In this document: one piece after another, positions 19,334-29,022 of the stretch
How positions within the stretch are numbered: position 1 is the stretch's first letter
How the letters are laid out: every line of letters begins with the position of its first letter
NCBI GenBank assembly: GCA_963810275.1
Contig: CAWENF010000003.1
Span: 96,001-160,000 of the forward strand
Reading direction: 5' to 3'
From: an uncultured archaeon
GTDB taxonomy: Archaea; Thermoproteota; Bathyarchaeia; Bathyarchaeales; Bathycorpusculaceae
DNA length: 64,000 nt
Program-made: the position numbers and the translations under genes
The notes under the pieces: model-generated
Database searches by the model: none
Told to the model about the DNA's origin: nothing
The model's input: only the letters and a program-made list of their open reading frames with translations

Positions 19334-19941
19334 TACTTCTTCTCCTCCTTCATTTCAGCTACTTTCTTTTCTTTATCTTTCTTTTTAGCAGCAGCTTTTT
19401 TCTTCTTCTGGAGATCTTTCTTCTTCTTTTCTATCTCCTTGGCTTTCTCTTTCTGAGATTTTTCTTCTTTCTTAGCTGTTTCTTTCTGCTCTGCCTCGGT
19501 TTCAGCTTCAGTTTCTTCGACTGCTTCAGTTTGTTCTTCAGCAGATACTTTGACGTTTAAGATTTTAATGTCAAGTTGCTTTGCTTCCTCGATGATGAGG
19601 GCTCGTTTGCGTTTGCCGACAGTATGTCCGATTCTTGCCGCTTCAGTAGCTGGGTCTATTGCCGCTAAGTCGGCGACGTTGTAAACGATGACTTCTTTGT
19701 AACCTGATGGATGCAGGAAACGGGCAACTTTGGGGCCTTTGTAGCCTGTGCTTGGTCCTGGAGGCCAGCCTTTGATTTTTCGGCGGATTTTGTTGTCTAA
19801 CCCGCGTGGTCTACGCCAGCTTTCGCTGAAACGGTCAAACCGCCAGCTTTCCGCCCGGACGAACTTCGGCTTTTTGTTTCTGGCGCGTGCCCGAACTCTT
19901 AGTGCACTACGTGAGGGTGACTGTTTCTTTTCTTCTGTCAT
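19333..19941 (-). CDS. rpl32e: 50S ribosomal protein eL32 with Glu/Lys-rich tail
   Basis: KPKFVR, WRRPRGLDNK, LHPSG. Confidence 0.96.
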   Translation of the reverse strand: MTEEKKQSPSRSALRVRARARNKKPKFVRAESWRFDRFSESWRRPRGLDNKIRRKIKGWPPGPSTGYKGPKVARFLHPSGYKEVIVYNVADLAAIDPATEAARIGHTVGKRKRALIIEEAKQLDIKILNVKVSAEEQTEAVEETEAETEAEQKETAKKEEKSQKEKAKEIEKKKKDLQKKKKAAAKKKDKEKKVAEMKEEKK

Positions 19942-20486
19942 TATGCCATTCCTTCGTTTCTTTCATAGGTGTAAATACCGTCAAGGAAGACACGGGGGTC
20001 TTTTCCTCGCACCTTAGTCATCTGCTCAATGTTCGCTGCGGTTTGGCTGACCAACTCAAGATCAGTACCTTGCAGGATGATGTCATCTGGTTCGAGTTTA
20101 ACCTTGACGTTTTCGAGGATTTTGATTTTGCGGGGCCTACGTTCGCCTGTAAAGTTTTCGATCAGCAATGCTTTGTCTTCGAGTTTCACAGTAATTGGGA
20201 AGTGCGAGAAAACTATTTTCATTTTGTATGTGTAGCCTTTGGTGACGCCAGTTATCATGTTTTTGATGTGTGAATGGATGGTTCCTACTAGAGCGGCTTC
20301 TTTTTTACGTGGCCACTTAGCTGAGATGACCACGTTTTTGTCTTGGCCTTCTATTGAGATCTGGGCATAAGAAAAGTCGCGGGAGAGGGAGCCTTTTTCG
20401 CCTTTAACGTTGATTTTTTTACCCACTACACTTAAAGTTACGTCATCTGGAACTTCAATGGTTCTTGATACTTCTGGAAGCCGCAT
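19941..20486 (-). CDS. rpl6: 50S ribosomal protein uL6
   Basis: SHIKNMITGV, SHFPI, KDPRVFLDGIY. Confidence 0.98.
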   Translation of the reverse strand: MRLPEVSRTIEVPDDVTLSVVGKKINVKGEKGSLSRDFSYAQISIEGQDKNVVISAKWPRKKEAALVGTIHSHIKNMITGVTKGYTYKMKIVFSHFPITVKLEDKALLIENFTGERRPRKIKILENVKVKLEPDDIILQGTDLELVSQTAANIEQMTKVRGKDPRVFLDGIYTYERNEGMA

Positions 20487-20499
20487 GAGTTTTATCTCC

Positions 20500-20883
20500 T
20501 TAATACACGAAGGCTAAGAGCCTTCCTCCGATTTTCTTTTCTTCTGCATCTTTGTGAGCTATTACGCCGTTGGAGGTTGAAACAACCATTATGCCTACAT
20601 CTCTGGAGGGCAAGTAGGTTTTCTCCCAAGCTTCATACTCGTCGGCTTTAACTGCAAAGCGGGGTTTAACTGGGCCGCACTTGTTGATTCTGCCTAGGAG
20701 TTGAACCTTGAATTTTCCTTGGCGCCCATCGTCTATGAATTCGAACTCGCCAATGTAGCCGTTAAGTTGCATGATGCGTAGAACGCGTCCCAAGAGTTTA
20801 GATGCTGGGCTAATGATGCATTCTCGTTTGTTCCGTGTTTCGTTATTGAATATGGTTACGAGACCGTTAGTTAAAGTGTCCAT
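20500..20883 (-). CDS. rps8: 30S ribosomal protein uS8
   Basis: [29 protein letters not shown]. Confidence 0.98.
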   Translation of the reverse strand: MDTLTNGLVTIFNNETRNKRECIISPASKLLGRVLRIMQLNGYIGEFEFIDDGRQGKFKVQLLGRINKCGPVKPRFAVKADEYEAWEKTYLPSRDVGIMVVSTSNGVIAHKDAEEKKIGGRLLAFVY

Positions 20884-20899
20884 TTTCTTTCATTAGCTC

Positions 20900-21064
20900 C
20901 TATTCATATTTCTTGAAACCTAATTTGGGGGCAGCCTCTCTAAAACATGTCCTGCATAAATATAAATCGTAACGTCTGATGACTGGACCGAACGAGCCGC
21001 ATCTTACGCATGGACGTGAGCCTTTGCCGTATTTTCTTTGTTTCTTAACTTGCTGTTTTCCCAT
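20900..21064 (-). CDS. rps14: 30S ribosomal protein uS14 (zinc-binding; below the ORF-track cutoff)
   Basis: Manual translation: [54 protein letters not shown]. Confidence 0.97.
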   Translation of the reverse strand: MGKQQVKKQRKYGKGSRPCVRCGSFGPVIRRYDLYLCRTCFREAAPKLGFKKYE

Positions 21065-21080
21065 ACAATCACTCTCAGTT

Positions 21081-21623
21081 TTAGACGAGTTCTACTCCTA
21101 CAGTTTGTTTTATGAAGAGCATGGACTCTTCAGGGGTTAAGACGTGTTTTGGACCAATCGGTTTGCTTTGGCGTTTCCGGGTCGTGACACGGTGGCCTGG
21201 GCGGTTGACGGTGACGCAGATATCCATACCGAAGATGCCAATTTCAGGGTCATATTTGACACCGGGAATCTCTATGTGCTCTTTGAGACCGAAGCTAAAG
21301 TTTCCGCGAACATCAAACGAGCGCTTGGACAGTTTATTATCAACCACTGGGAAGACCTTCTTTAAGAAGTCAATTGCTTCTTCCCCGCGCAATGTGACAA
21401 CGACTGCTATGGCTTCTCCTTCTCTGATGCCGAAGTCACGGATGGATTTCTTTGCACGCTTCTTAACCGGAACTTTGCCAGTAATTTCTTCAAGTACCTT
21501 GTTTGCTTTTTCGAGCGGTTCGCCGGATTTGCCAACGTTGAGGTTTACAACGACTTTCTCGATGCGGGGTTTACGCATCGGGTGATCTTCCCAAGTTTGG
21601 AATATTTGTTCATCAGACAACAC
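21081..21623 (-). CDS. rpl5: 50S ribosomal protein uL5
   Basis: [30 protein letters not shown]. Confidence 0.98.
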   Translation of the reverse strand: MLSDEQIFQTWEDHPMRKPRIEKVVVNLNVGKSGEPLEKANKVLEEITGKVPVKKRAKKSIRDFGIREGEAIAVVVTLRGEEAIDFLKKVFPVVDNKLSKRSFDVRGNFSFGLKEHIEIPGVKYDPEIGIFGMDICVTVNRPGHRVTTRKRQSKPIGPKHVLTPEESMLFIKQTVGVELV

Positions 21624-22377
21624 TAAATTCCTCCAACGTGTTAATCATGGGTGAGGTTTCGCCTATTGAGAAAACAAAGTCCATGATAGTTTGGTACCGT
21701 GCGCCTTTGGCGTCTTCGATGAGGACAAGAGCATGTCGGCGTTTCTTATCTTCAGCTTTTTCGATTTCAACGATTTTACCCATAACACCGATGTTTTTGC
21801 CGCCGGTGATTATGGCTAAGTTGCCTTCTTTTGCTTTAAGGGTTGCAACCACCTGTTTTTCAGGATAGGTTACTTTGAGGGTGTCAAACGTGTCATATGT
21901 GACTCCGGTTGGATTTTTAGGGTCTGCGACTTTGACGAGCATTACGGAGCCATCGTGAACTATCACTTGGACTCCGCCTCTAACTGTATGTTTGTTTTCA
22001 ACCCGCAAAAGCGAGAAAGTGGATTCTTCCTTGCTAATTGGTGCAGTGTAGAGCCCTTTGTGTGAAGGCATGACGCGGTAGTGTTTGTCGCTTCCTTGCA
22101 GTGAAATAACATCCATTAAACCGACGGGTATGTCGTCTTTTTTGTAAACTTTTCCGTTTACTATGACATTGCCTTGGTCGATGATTATTTTGCCTTCTTT
22201 TCTTGTATCTGCAACACCTAGCATGTCACGTAGAACAAGAGTCAGTGGGACACATTTATGTAATGAATGTGAACCTGAAGAGGGCTTCACAACCCACGGT
22301 GCCTCTTTTCTGTGAATAGGCCAGAATGCTGGCGCTGGCTTTCGTTTCAGCCTTGCAGTCTTTCCTTTTCTACCCAA
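21613..22377 (-). CDS. rps4e: 30S ribosomal protein eS4
   Basis: LKRKPAPAFWPI, PVGLMDVI, ITGGKNIG. Confidence 0.97.
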   Translation of the reverse strand: MGRKGKTARLKRKPAPAFWPIHRKEAPWVVKPSSGSHSLHKCVPLTLVLRDMLGVADTRKEGKIIIDQGNVIVNGKVYKKDDIPVGLMDVISLQGSDKHYRVMPSHKGLYTAPISKEESTFSLLRVENKHTVRGGVQVIVHDGSVMLVKVADPKNPTGVTYDTFDTLKVTYPEKQVVATLKAKEGNLAIITGGKNIGVMGKIVEIEKAEDKKRRHALVLIEDAKGARYQTIMDFVFSIGETSPMINTLEEFSVV

Positions 22378-22379
22378 AC

Positions 22380-22886
22380 TTATTGTCCTCCTTCTTCAGA
22401 GGTTTCAGCCTCTGTTTCTTCTGCCGTTTTTTTGACGGCTTTTTTAGCGATCGTCTTCTTTGCTGGTTCTTCAGTCTTAGCTGCCGTCGCTTTTGGTTTT
22501 TCTTTCTTTTTCCTCTCTGGAGCAACTTTCCGTCCGAGAATGGTTTCCTTGCGGTATTTGTCGTCAAGGACTAAGTTGCGGATCTGAACTTTGGATGGAT
22601 GAACAGCTAAGAAGATGTTGGTTCCATCAACTTTTTCACGGGTTAACCCTTCAAGGTAGATTCTGTATGCTTTTAGGTCAACACGTGAAACCTTTCCTTC
22701 AAAGCCTTTGTTGTCGCCTCGTAGAATGCGCACCGTGTCGCCCTTGCGGACAGGCAGGGTTTTTGCGCCTTTGGAAACGGCAAGTTCACGTGAGAGCGGT
22801 GCAGCCATGCTTTTGTGACGTATGTGAGCTGGAGCGTTGAAGTGCTTCTTTCTCTGTTTTCCGGGGTCTTTAACTGATTTCTGCAT
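22380..22886 (-). CDS. rpl24: 50S ribosomal protein uL24 with charged tail
   Basis: PGKQRK..NAP, PVRKGDTVRILRG, VHPSKV. Confidence 0.97.
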   Translation of the reverse strand: MQKSVKDPGKQRKKHFNAPAHIRHKSMAAPLSRELAVSKGAKTLPVRKGDTVRILRGDNKGFEGKVSRVDLKAYRIYLEGLTREKVDGTNIFLAVHPSKVQIRNLVLDDKYRKETILGRKVAPERKKKEKPKATAAKTEEPAKKTIAKKAVKKTAEETEAETSEEGGQ

Positions 22887-22898
22887 TCTTTTTCTCTC

Positions 22899-23342
22899 CT
22901 AAACGATTATGCTTGAGGCGCTGGCTATTCTTGGCCATCTCTCAGCTGCTTCTCTTGCTACGGGGCCTCTAATTTCGGAGCCTTTCATGTCTCCTTCTGG
23001 AGTTATAATAACGGCTGCGTTGTCTTCGAATTGTACCCAGACGCCGTCGATTCTTCGGAATGTTTTGCGTTGGCGAACGATGACTGCTTGGAAGATTTTT
23101 TTGCGCATATCAGGTGAGCCTTGGCGTACTGAGACTGTAACTTTGTCCCCGACTGTGGCTGAAGGGTAACGTCTTAGGCGCCCCTTGTAGCCCATGGCTT
23201 GAATGAGACGTAGAACACGTGCACCTGTGTTATCGGCGCATTTCATTTCTGAGCCTGCCAGTAGGCCACGGCTGAGTTTTTGTCCGTGAGACATCATACC
23301 CTTAGCAGTTAGACCTCTTCCTTTTGCTTTAGCTGCACACAT
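22899..23342 (-). CDS. rpl14: 50S ribosomal protein uL14
   Basis: CADNTGA, FEDNAAVI, GPVAREAAERWPRI. Confidence 0.98.
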   Translation of the reverse strand: MCAAKAKGRGLTAKGMMSHGQKLSRGLLAGSEMKCADNTGARVLRLIQAMGYKGRLRRYPSATVGDKVTVSVRQGSPDMRKKIFQAVIVRQRKTFRRIDGVWVQFEDNAAVIITPEGDMKGSEIRGPVAREAAERWPRIASASSIIV

Positions 23343-23343
23343 A

Positions 23344-23664
23344 TTATCGTTCCTCTCCTACTTTTTCTACTACAACGAAGCTGACCGTTTTGCTGAGTGG
23401 TCTGCACTCGGCAATTCTTACACGGTCGCCTTCTTTAACGTCTAAGCATGGAGGATTGTGTGATGGGATATGCCCGTGTCTGCGTTCGTAACGCACGAAT
23501 TTTGAGGAGAATTGCGTGAATTCTCTGTCAACGATAACGGTTTTGTCCATCTTTGCTGTGTGGACGACGCCTTCTAGGACGCGACCTCTAATTGAGAGAG
23601 TGCCGTGAAAGGGGCAGTTGGGGTCGTCACATGTTTTTTTGGGTTGCTTGAAAGTCATTGACAT
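23344..23664 (-). CDS. rps17: 30S ribosomal protein uS17
   Basis: CDDPNCPFHG, ECRPLSKT. Confidence 0.98.
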   Translation of the reverse strand: MSMTFKQPKKTCDDPNCPFHGTLSIRGRVLEGVVHTAKMDKTVIVDREFTQFSSKFVRYERRHGHIPSHNPPCLDVKEGDRVRIAECRPLSKTVSFVVVEKVGEER

Positions 23665-23665
23665 A

Positions 23666-23947
23666 TTACCATAACCTCTTAACAGTTTTCTTAAGCCGAT
23701 CTTCTGAGCGGCCGACTAAGAGTTTACCGTCAACTTGAACGACTGTACCGTCGCTGAAAGTGAAATCAAATGCCGCAGCATCTTTTATGACGCTACGAGT
23801 TCTGCCTCCGTTCTGAAGTTGGAGAGTGTTTCTGGTTTCACCTACAACTAATCCGCCTACGCCAACGTAGTCTTCGTTGAGGCTTTGGGCGACTACGGCT
23901 TGTGCGCCGATAAATTCGTAGCGGATAATGTCAGGAGTTATTTTCAT
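23666..23947 (-). CDS. rnp1: Ribonuclease P protein component 1 (Rpp29/Pop4)
   Basis: EFIG..GLVVGETRNT..VDGKLLVGRSEDRLK; conserved position between rpl29 and rps17. Confidence 0.92.
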   Translation of the reverse strand: MKITPDIIRYEFIGAQAVVAQSLNEDYVGVGGLVVGETRNTLQLQNGGRTRSVIKDAAAFDFTFSDGTVVQVDGKLLVGRSEDRLKKTVKRLW

Positions 23948-24228
23948 TAGGAAGATTTCTCCTCAGATTTTGCTTGTTTTTTGGGTTTAATAGCTTTCTT
24001 TTCGGGGGCTGGCGCTTTGCGTAGCCCGATGTTTTGTTCGTTTTGAACAGTCAGGATGCGGGCGATGGTTTTACGGATTTGGCGGATACGTGTTGGATTT
24101 TCAACAGCACCACCTGCATTGACCATGGTGCGTATACGTGCAAGTTCAGCTCTTAAGTCGATGAGCCGCTGTTCTCTTGTTTCAGGGGTCATTTCAGCGA
24201 TTTCTTTCATACGCATAATTGGTGCCAT
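23947..24228 (-). CDS. rpl29: 50S ribosomal protein uL29
   Basis: ENPTRIRQIRKTIARILT. Confidence 0.96.
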   Translation of the reverse strand: MAPIMRMKEIAEMTPETREQRLIDLRAELARIRTMVNAGGAVENPTRIRQIRKTIARILTVQNEQNIGLRKAPAPEKKAIKPKKQAKSEEKSS

Positions 24229-25097
24229 TACTGTGTTTCCTCCGCTGGTTTAGCTTCGGCTTTTGGAATTTCTTCAGCTTTGGGTTCCTCTTTGGGTTTT
24301 TCTTGTGTGGCTGGCGCTTCTGGTTCGAGATTTGGTTCTGATTTAGCTGCTGGGGCTGCTGGGGGTTCTTCTGCTGGAGAGGGCGGGGATGAAGCTGGTG
24401 CTTGCTCTGGTGTTGGAGTAGGAATTGGTTCTGGCGCTGGAGCAGCGGCTGGTGCTGGTGTTGGGGCTGATTCTGCTACAATTTCAATTTCTTCCGGAGT
24501 CTCAGGTTCAATAATTTGGACTTTGTCTGGGAAATAGGCGTCCGGAGGCATAATTTTGACGCGAACACCAATCATTCCTGGTTTAAGTTGAACGTGTGCC
24601 TCAGCGGTTTTCATAGCGCGCAACGCTGGTTCACCACATCGGGGGAAGTCGCCTGCGCGAAACTTCTCAAAACGAGCTCGCTCGGTTGTTAGTTTGCCGC
24701 TGATAACGATTTCTGCGCCTAATGCGCCTGCTTCCATAACTTGGTTTAGTGCCCAGAATCCTGCACGCCTGAAGTGGACACCTCGCTCAAGAGCAGATGT
24801 TACTCGGTTTGCGACGACATGTGCATTGTACTCGGGGACCTCGATTTCTGAGACGCTAATTTGCGGGTTGGCAACTTTGAAGTTGCGTTCTAGTGAAGAG
24901 GCGAGTTCTTTAATAGTTTCTCCGCCTCTGCCGATAACGATTCCGGGGCGCATAGCGTAGATGACTACGTGGGTGCCAAGCGGAGTTTTTGAGAGGTTGA
25001 CTCCGCCATATCCGGCTCTTTCAAGTTTTTTCTGTAAAAACTCGTCGATTTCGGTACGTTTGATTGATTCTGTTATGAAACGTTTGACTATGCTCAT
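24228..25097 (-). CDS. rps3: 30S ribosomal protein uS3 with Pro/Ala/Glu-rich tail
   Basis: RPGIVIGRGG KH domain, GAEIVISGKL, GVRVKIM. Confidence 0.97.
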   Translation of the reverse strand: MSIVKRFITESIKRTEIDEFLQKKLERAGYGGVNLSKTPLGTHVVIYAMRPGIVIGRGGETIKELASSLERNFKVANPQISVSEIEVPEYNAHVVANRVTSALERGVHFRRAGFWALNQVMEAGALGAEIVISGKLTTERARFEKFRAGDFPRCGEPALRAMKTAEAHVQLKPGMIGVRVKIMPPDAYFPDKVQIIEPETPEEIEIVAESAPTPAPAAAPAPEPIPTPTPEQAPASSPPSPAEEPPAAPAAKSEPNLEPEAPATQEKPKEEPKAEEIPKAEAKPAEETQ

Positions 25098-25583
25098 TTA
25101 CTGCTCTCCTGCGGTGGATTTCTCTTCGAGCACGATTTCCACATGGGTTAAAATATTGTATTTCGGTGATGCTCTGCCGTGTGCTCGGGGGGTATAACGT
25201 TTGAGTTTCATGCCCTGATATGCGACTGAGTGCATGATTCTTAGGCGGTCCACATCTAAGCCTTTGTTTTCTGCGTTTGCTTGTGCTGCTTGCAGAACAC
25301 GTAAGATGGCTTGGGCGGTTTTTACTGGGTACCTGCCGACGCAGTTTTTCTGCATACCGCCTTTGTGGCCGAGTTTCTTGGTATATCTTGTGTATGGAAT
25401 CGGTTTCCTCTTCGCGATTACTTCTCGAAGGTATTCTTTTGCTTTAACTAGATCCATGCTTTTTATGGCTTTAGCGACTTCCCGTGCGGCTTTGTGGGAT
25501 ACTTTTAATTCTCGGCCGCTGGCTTTCGCTGTTTTATCTGGATTAAGCATTTCTTCGATTATTGAGTATCCCCATTTGGGCAT
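25098..25583 (-). CDS. rpl22: 50S ribosomal protein uL22
   Basis: GRYPVK, NAENKGLD, PRAHGRA, HVEIVL. Confidence 0.98.
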   Translation of the reverse strand: MPKWGYSIIEEMLNPDKTAKASGRELKVSHKAAREVAKAIKSMDLVKAKEYLREVIAKRKPIPYTRYTKKLGHKGGMQKNCVGRYPVKTAQAILRVLQAAQANAENKGLDVDRLRIMHSVAYQGMKLKRYTPRAHGRASPKYNILTHVEIVLEEKSTAGEQ

Positions 25584-25621
25584 TTTTTATTTCTCCGATG
25601 CGCAATCAAACACGTAAAAGC

Positions 25622-25638
25622 AATTTATATGGCTTTCC
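25622..25638 (-). promoter_or_regulatory. Probable BRE/TATA promoter of the rpl22 operon
   Basis: Minus strand GGAAAGCCATATAAATT about 40 nt upstream of the rpl22 ATG. Confidence 0.5.
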
Positions 25639-25898
25639 GTATCAGAACTAAGATTTGACTCTTAACTGACTAAGTGGTGTCCCGGCGAAGGAACTATTCG
25701 AACGCGTGAGGTGTGTACAGTTTCACGATTACGTTTACTCTTTTATAGTTTGCCCAAAAAAAACCGTATAGCCAAGCACTCTTAAACTGGGTACCCCAAG
25801 GTGGAAGCCAAAGCTAAAAAGATAGCTGTATGAATTGTAGCTGACATGGGTCTACCACAATCGCCTATAAACAACCGTACCCGAGTTTCGTTGGAGAC

Positions 25899-26270
25899 TT
25901 GTGTTTGATAAACAACCAAGAAAAAAATGAAGCAGAACCCAAAACTATCCTTCGTACTCTGCCATATGAAAGTGGTTTCCATTTTAACACAGAAAAAGGT
26001 ATCTATATCGGCCAAACCGCTAACAGCCTCGAAGACTTCGGTGCAAAACTTAAAACTATAGACTCAGGATCGATTGCTTATCACTATTACAGAGGAGATT
26101 TCCAGAGATGGATAAGCACAACTTTGGGCGACCAAAAGTTTGCGGATAAGTTATGCTTTATTAAAACAGATATCTCTCCTGAGCAGCTTCGAACGGAACT
26201 TTTGAAAATGCTGGACAGCCGAATTATTGAATTAAAGAGTTTGGATTGGGTAGAAAACAAGGGCATATAA
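25899..26270 (+). CDS. DUF5752-like protein
   Basis: GFHFNTEKGIYIGQTANSLEDF...SIAYHYYRGDFQRWI pattern; start uncertain. Confidence 0.7.
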   Translation: MCLINNQEKNEAEPKTILRTLPYESGFHFNTEKGIYIGQTANSLEDFGAKLKTIDSGSIAYHYYRGDFQRWISTTLGDQKFADKLCFIKTDISPEQLRTELLKMLDSRIIELKSLDWVENKGI

Positions 26271-26416
26271 GTTAGGTTTTGATTTTTTCCATTATTTAGA
26301 CAGGCTTTTTTAGTTTAAAATCCAAAAGAAAAAATGAGCCATGTTTGCGTCAGCAGCGATTTAGGCATAACTTAAAGAGCAAGCGCACTCCAAACAGGAG
26401 TAGAAGGAACCCACCA

Positions 26417-26707
26417 ATGAAAACTTTAAAAATCGTGAAAAAAATAGCACTCTTTACTGCCGCTGTATCTTTTGTTTTTGCTGCTGTTGAAGCAATCTTA
26501 ACCTATTTCGCAATAATAATCATCAATCAAACCACAGAAATCCCCAGTGAATACTTGATCATCAACGCTTTGCCCTCGGCGTTGCCATACCTGTTTATCG
26601 GAGTAATCGCAGTCGTCGTTGTGGCTTTAACCAGAGAACCCGAAGAACTATCAGATGAAGGTCCTCAAGAAGAAGCATTGCCACCAGCTGAAGAGGTTAA
26701 TGCTTAA
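26417..26707 (+). CDS. Small 2-TM membrane protein with acidic tail
   Basis: ATG 26417 after AGGA; two hydrophobic helices; followed by a T8 tract. Confidence 0.6.
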   Translation: MKTLKIVKKIALFTAAVSFVFAAVEAILTYFAIIIINQTTEIPSEYLIINALPSALPYLFIGVIAVVVVALTREPEELSDEGPQEEALPPAEEVNA

Positions 26708-26829
26708 CAACTCTTTTTTTTAAGCAATTAATCTCTGCCGATTAAGGAAAGGTAGGAAGTTTTTGGTGTTTTAGGTAGGCTATTTGGATTAAAAAAGGCA
26801 AAAGCCGAGTCTTTCCTTGGGAAAAGAGG

Positions 26830-27285
26830 TTAGGATGGGAGTTGTTTGCCGCATTTTGGGCAGTACTGTGCTTCTCCCCCGACGGGATTGCCGCATTGAG
26901 GACAGTATTTGGTGGTGGCTTCGTCGACAGGCTGGGAATATGGGGGTTGTTGATAGGTGGGTTGGTTTTGGGGATAGATAGGTTGGTATTGGGGTGTGGC
27001 TTGAACCGGTTGGTGTGTAAGGGCGAGTATTCCACCGATCAGCGTGATGACGTTCAGGAGGCTAAGCACAGATAGGACTATAATGTAGATGCCGTACTTC
27101 TGGTGCTCCTCAGGTTGAGCCATTAGACGTTGAGCAAACATAATCATCAGTGCGTTGGCGACAATTATCCAGATGCCTATTAAAACGAAGATCAGGACGA
27201 CACCTAAGAGTATGCCAAGTATGCCGCCGATTAGGGTGCAGTAGTATGCTGCTGAGGGCTTGTCAACTGATTGCTGGTTATACAT
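26830..27285 (-). CDS. Membrane protein with Gln/Pro linker and C-terminal zinc ribbon
   Basis: TM helices, QPxY-rich linker, YCPQCG..YCPKCG. Confidence 0.75.
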   Translation of the reverse strand: MYNQQSVDKPSAAYYCTLIGGILGILLGVVLIFVLIGIWIIVANALMIMFAQRLMAQPEEHQKYGIYIIVLSVLSLLNVITLIGGILALTHQPVQATPQYQPIYPQNQPTYQQPPYSQPVDEATTKYCPQCGNPVGGEAQYCPKCGKQLPS

Positions 27286-27433
27286 GTAAGTTAACCTTGT
27301 TGCATTCATTATCCAAGCGCTATGTATAAAAAAATAATGCTTACAAAAATCGCATGTATACATACGAGTTTGTTTTGCGATTTGTTTATGTTGCACAAAG
27401 CCTCATCCATAAACAGCACGGAGTGTACACTCG

Positions 27434-28498
27434 TTGGCATCCAAAAACGAAAAAATTACTATGATGCACGGCGCAGGCGGCACTGTCATGCATGACCTCG
27501 TCAAAAACTACGTCGTCAAAGCCTTCGGAGGCATCGGCAACGCAGAAGTCCCCATAGAAGCCATGGATGACGCAGCCGTCGTAGGCGACATAGTCATCAA
27601 AAGCGACAGCCATGCTGTGAAACCGATCTTTTTCTCTGGAGGCGACATCGGACGCATCGCCATCTCAGGTACAGTGAATGACATCAGCTGCCTAGGAGCT
27701 AAACCATTCGCACTCGCCTGCGGGTTAGTCTTGGAAGAAGGTCTGTTGATATCAGATTTAGAGCTGGTTCTGGCGAGCATGCGTGAAGCCTGCATCGAAG
27801 CCGATGTCGGCATAGTTACAGGAGATACAAAAGTCGTCGAAAAAGGCTCCCTCGGCGGAATGATCATGAATGTGTCAGGCGTTGGCAAACGCACTCCAGC
27901 GCTGGAAAGCAACCTAGCCGTAGTTGAGAAAACACGCAAACTCAAAGCTCGCTGGACTCTGGATTCGAACTTGGCAGTAGGTGACAAAATTATACTTACA
28001 GGCGCAATCGGCGACCATGGCATTGCTGTACTCTCAGCTCAGCAAGGACTAAAGTTCGGCAGTGAAATTAAATCCGACGTCAAACCCCTCAATGTGATGG
28101 TTCAGAAGATGCTGGGTGAAGTCGGAGGGATAGTAGCTATGAAGGACCCCACGCGAGGCGGCTTGGCAGATGCCCTCAACGAGTGGACAGAAAAAAGCAA
28201 AGTGGGAATCCTAACTTACGAAGACAAAATCCCAATCCACAGCGACGTACAGACCGCATGCGAGATGCTTGGCTTAGACCCTCTCGAAATCGGCAATGAA
28301 GGTAAACTAATCATCGGCGTCGTTCCCGACAAGACGGAGGAGACACTGGAGTTTTTGAGGCAAACCCCCCAGGGGAAAGAAGCAGAAATAATCGGTGAAG
28401 TTACTTCGGCGTTTAATGGTGTTGCTATGCAGACAGTTGTGGGCGGGAAACGTATTATTGCACGTCCTGTAGGCGACCCTGTGCCTCGCATCTGTTAA
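27434..28498 (+). CDS. hypE: Hydrogenase maturation protein HypE
   Basis: HGAGG, PIFFSGGDIG, GDTKVV, MKDPTRGG, C-terminal PRIC. Confidence 0.97.
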   Translation: MASKNEKITMMHGAGGTVMHDLVKNYVVKAFGGIGNAEVPIEAMDDAAVVGDIVIKSDSHAVKPIFFSGGDIGRIAISGTVNDISCLGAKPFALACGLVLEEGLLISDLELVLASMREACIEADVGIVTGDTKVVEKGSLGGMIMNVSGVGKRTPALESNLAVVEKTRKLKARWTLDSNLAVGDKIILTGAIGDHGIAVLSAQQGLKFGSEIKSDVKPLNVMVQKMLGEVGGIVAMKDPTRGGLADALNEWTEKSKVGILTYEDKIPIHSDVQTACEMLGLDPLEIGNEGKLIIGVVPDKTEETLEFLRQTPQGKEAEIIGEVTSAFNGVAMQTVVGGKRIIARPVGDPVPRIC

Positions 28499-28837
28499 AT
28501 ACTAATTCCAGTCTTTTTTAGGCATTATTCAATGATATAGCTATTCTTGGGAGCAATAATAAAAAATATAAGCGTTTTTATCCAAATTGCTTTTGTTATT
28601 ATAAAAGTGCAGATACATCGTTATTTATTCAACGTATAGCAGTAGATAGCCTCAAGGATAGCTTAGACGCGGTGGTTCTCTCTTCTATCTTCCTGATTCT
28701 CTTTCCTTTCGTTTAAGCCATCTTTTTCATTACTTTGCATTATTTTTACATTTTTTTTAATTTCAACCGCTAAGTCGACACTAACAATATAATCTTTTGT
28801 GCAGTGTGTAAATCTACTTTGGAGAGGGGAAAAAAGT

Positions 28838-29014
28838 ATGGGCGAATATGAACCTTTACAAGAAATTCCATTAAAAGACAAAAACTACCGAATCGACATA
28901 GGGGCATATGGGAGTATCTCTGTGGAGGCACCCACTAAAGAGGAGTGTTTGGAACTTTTTCGGGAAGTTACCAGCACCCGCAAAGATACACGCCTCGCTC
29001 AAGCCATAAGATAA
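28838..29014 (+). CDS. Small hypothetical protein (58 aa)
   Basis: GGAGAGGGG RBS then ATG; MGEYEPLQEIPLKDKNYRIDIGAYGSISVEAPTKEECLELF... Confidence 0.55.
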   Translation: MGEYEPLQEIPLKDKNYRIDIGAYGSISVEAPTKEECLELFREVTSTRKDTRLAQAIR

Positions 29015-29022
29015 AAAGAAAG

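Noticed and set aside
25675-25715. tRNA gene or attachment-site remnant (GTTCGAAT...ACCA on the minus strand)
   Set aside because: No T-stem pairing, wrong spacing to CCA, no matching 5' acceptor strand, and no match to the tRNA-Met 3' end.
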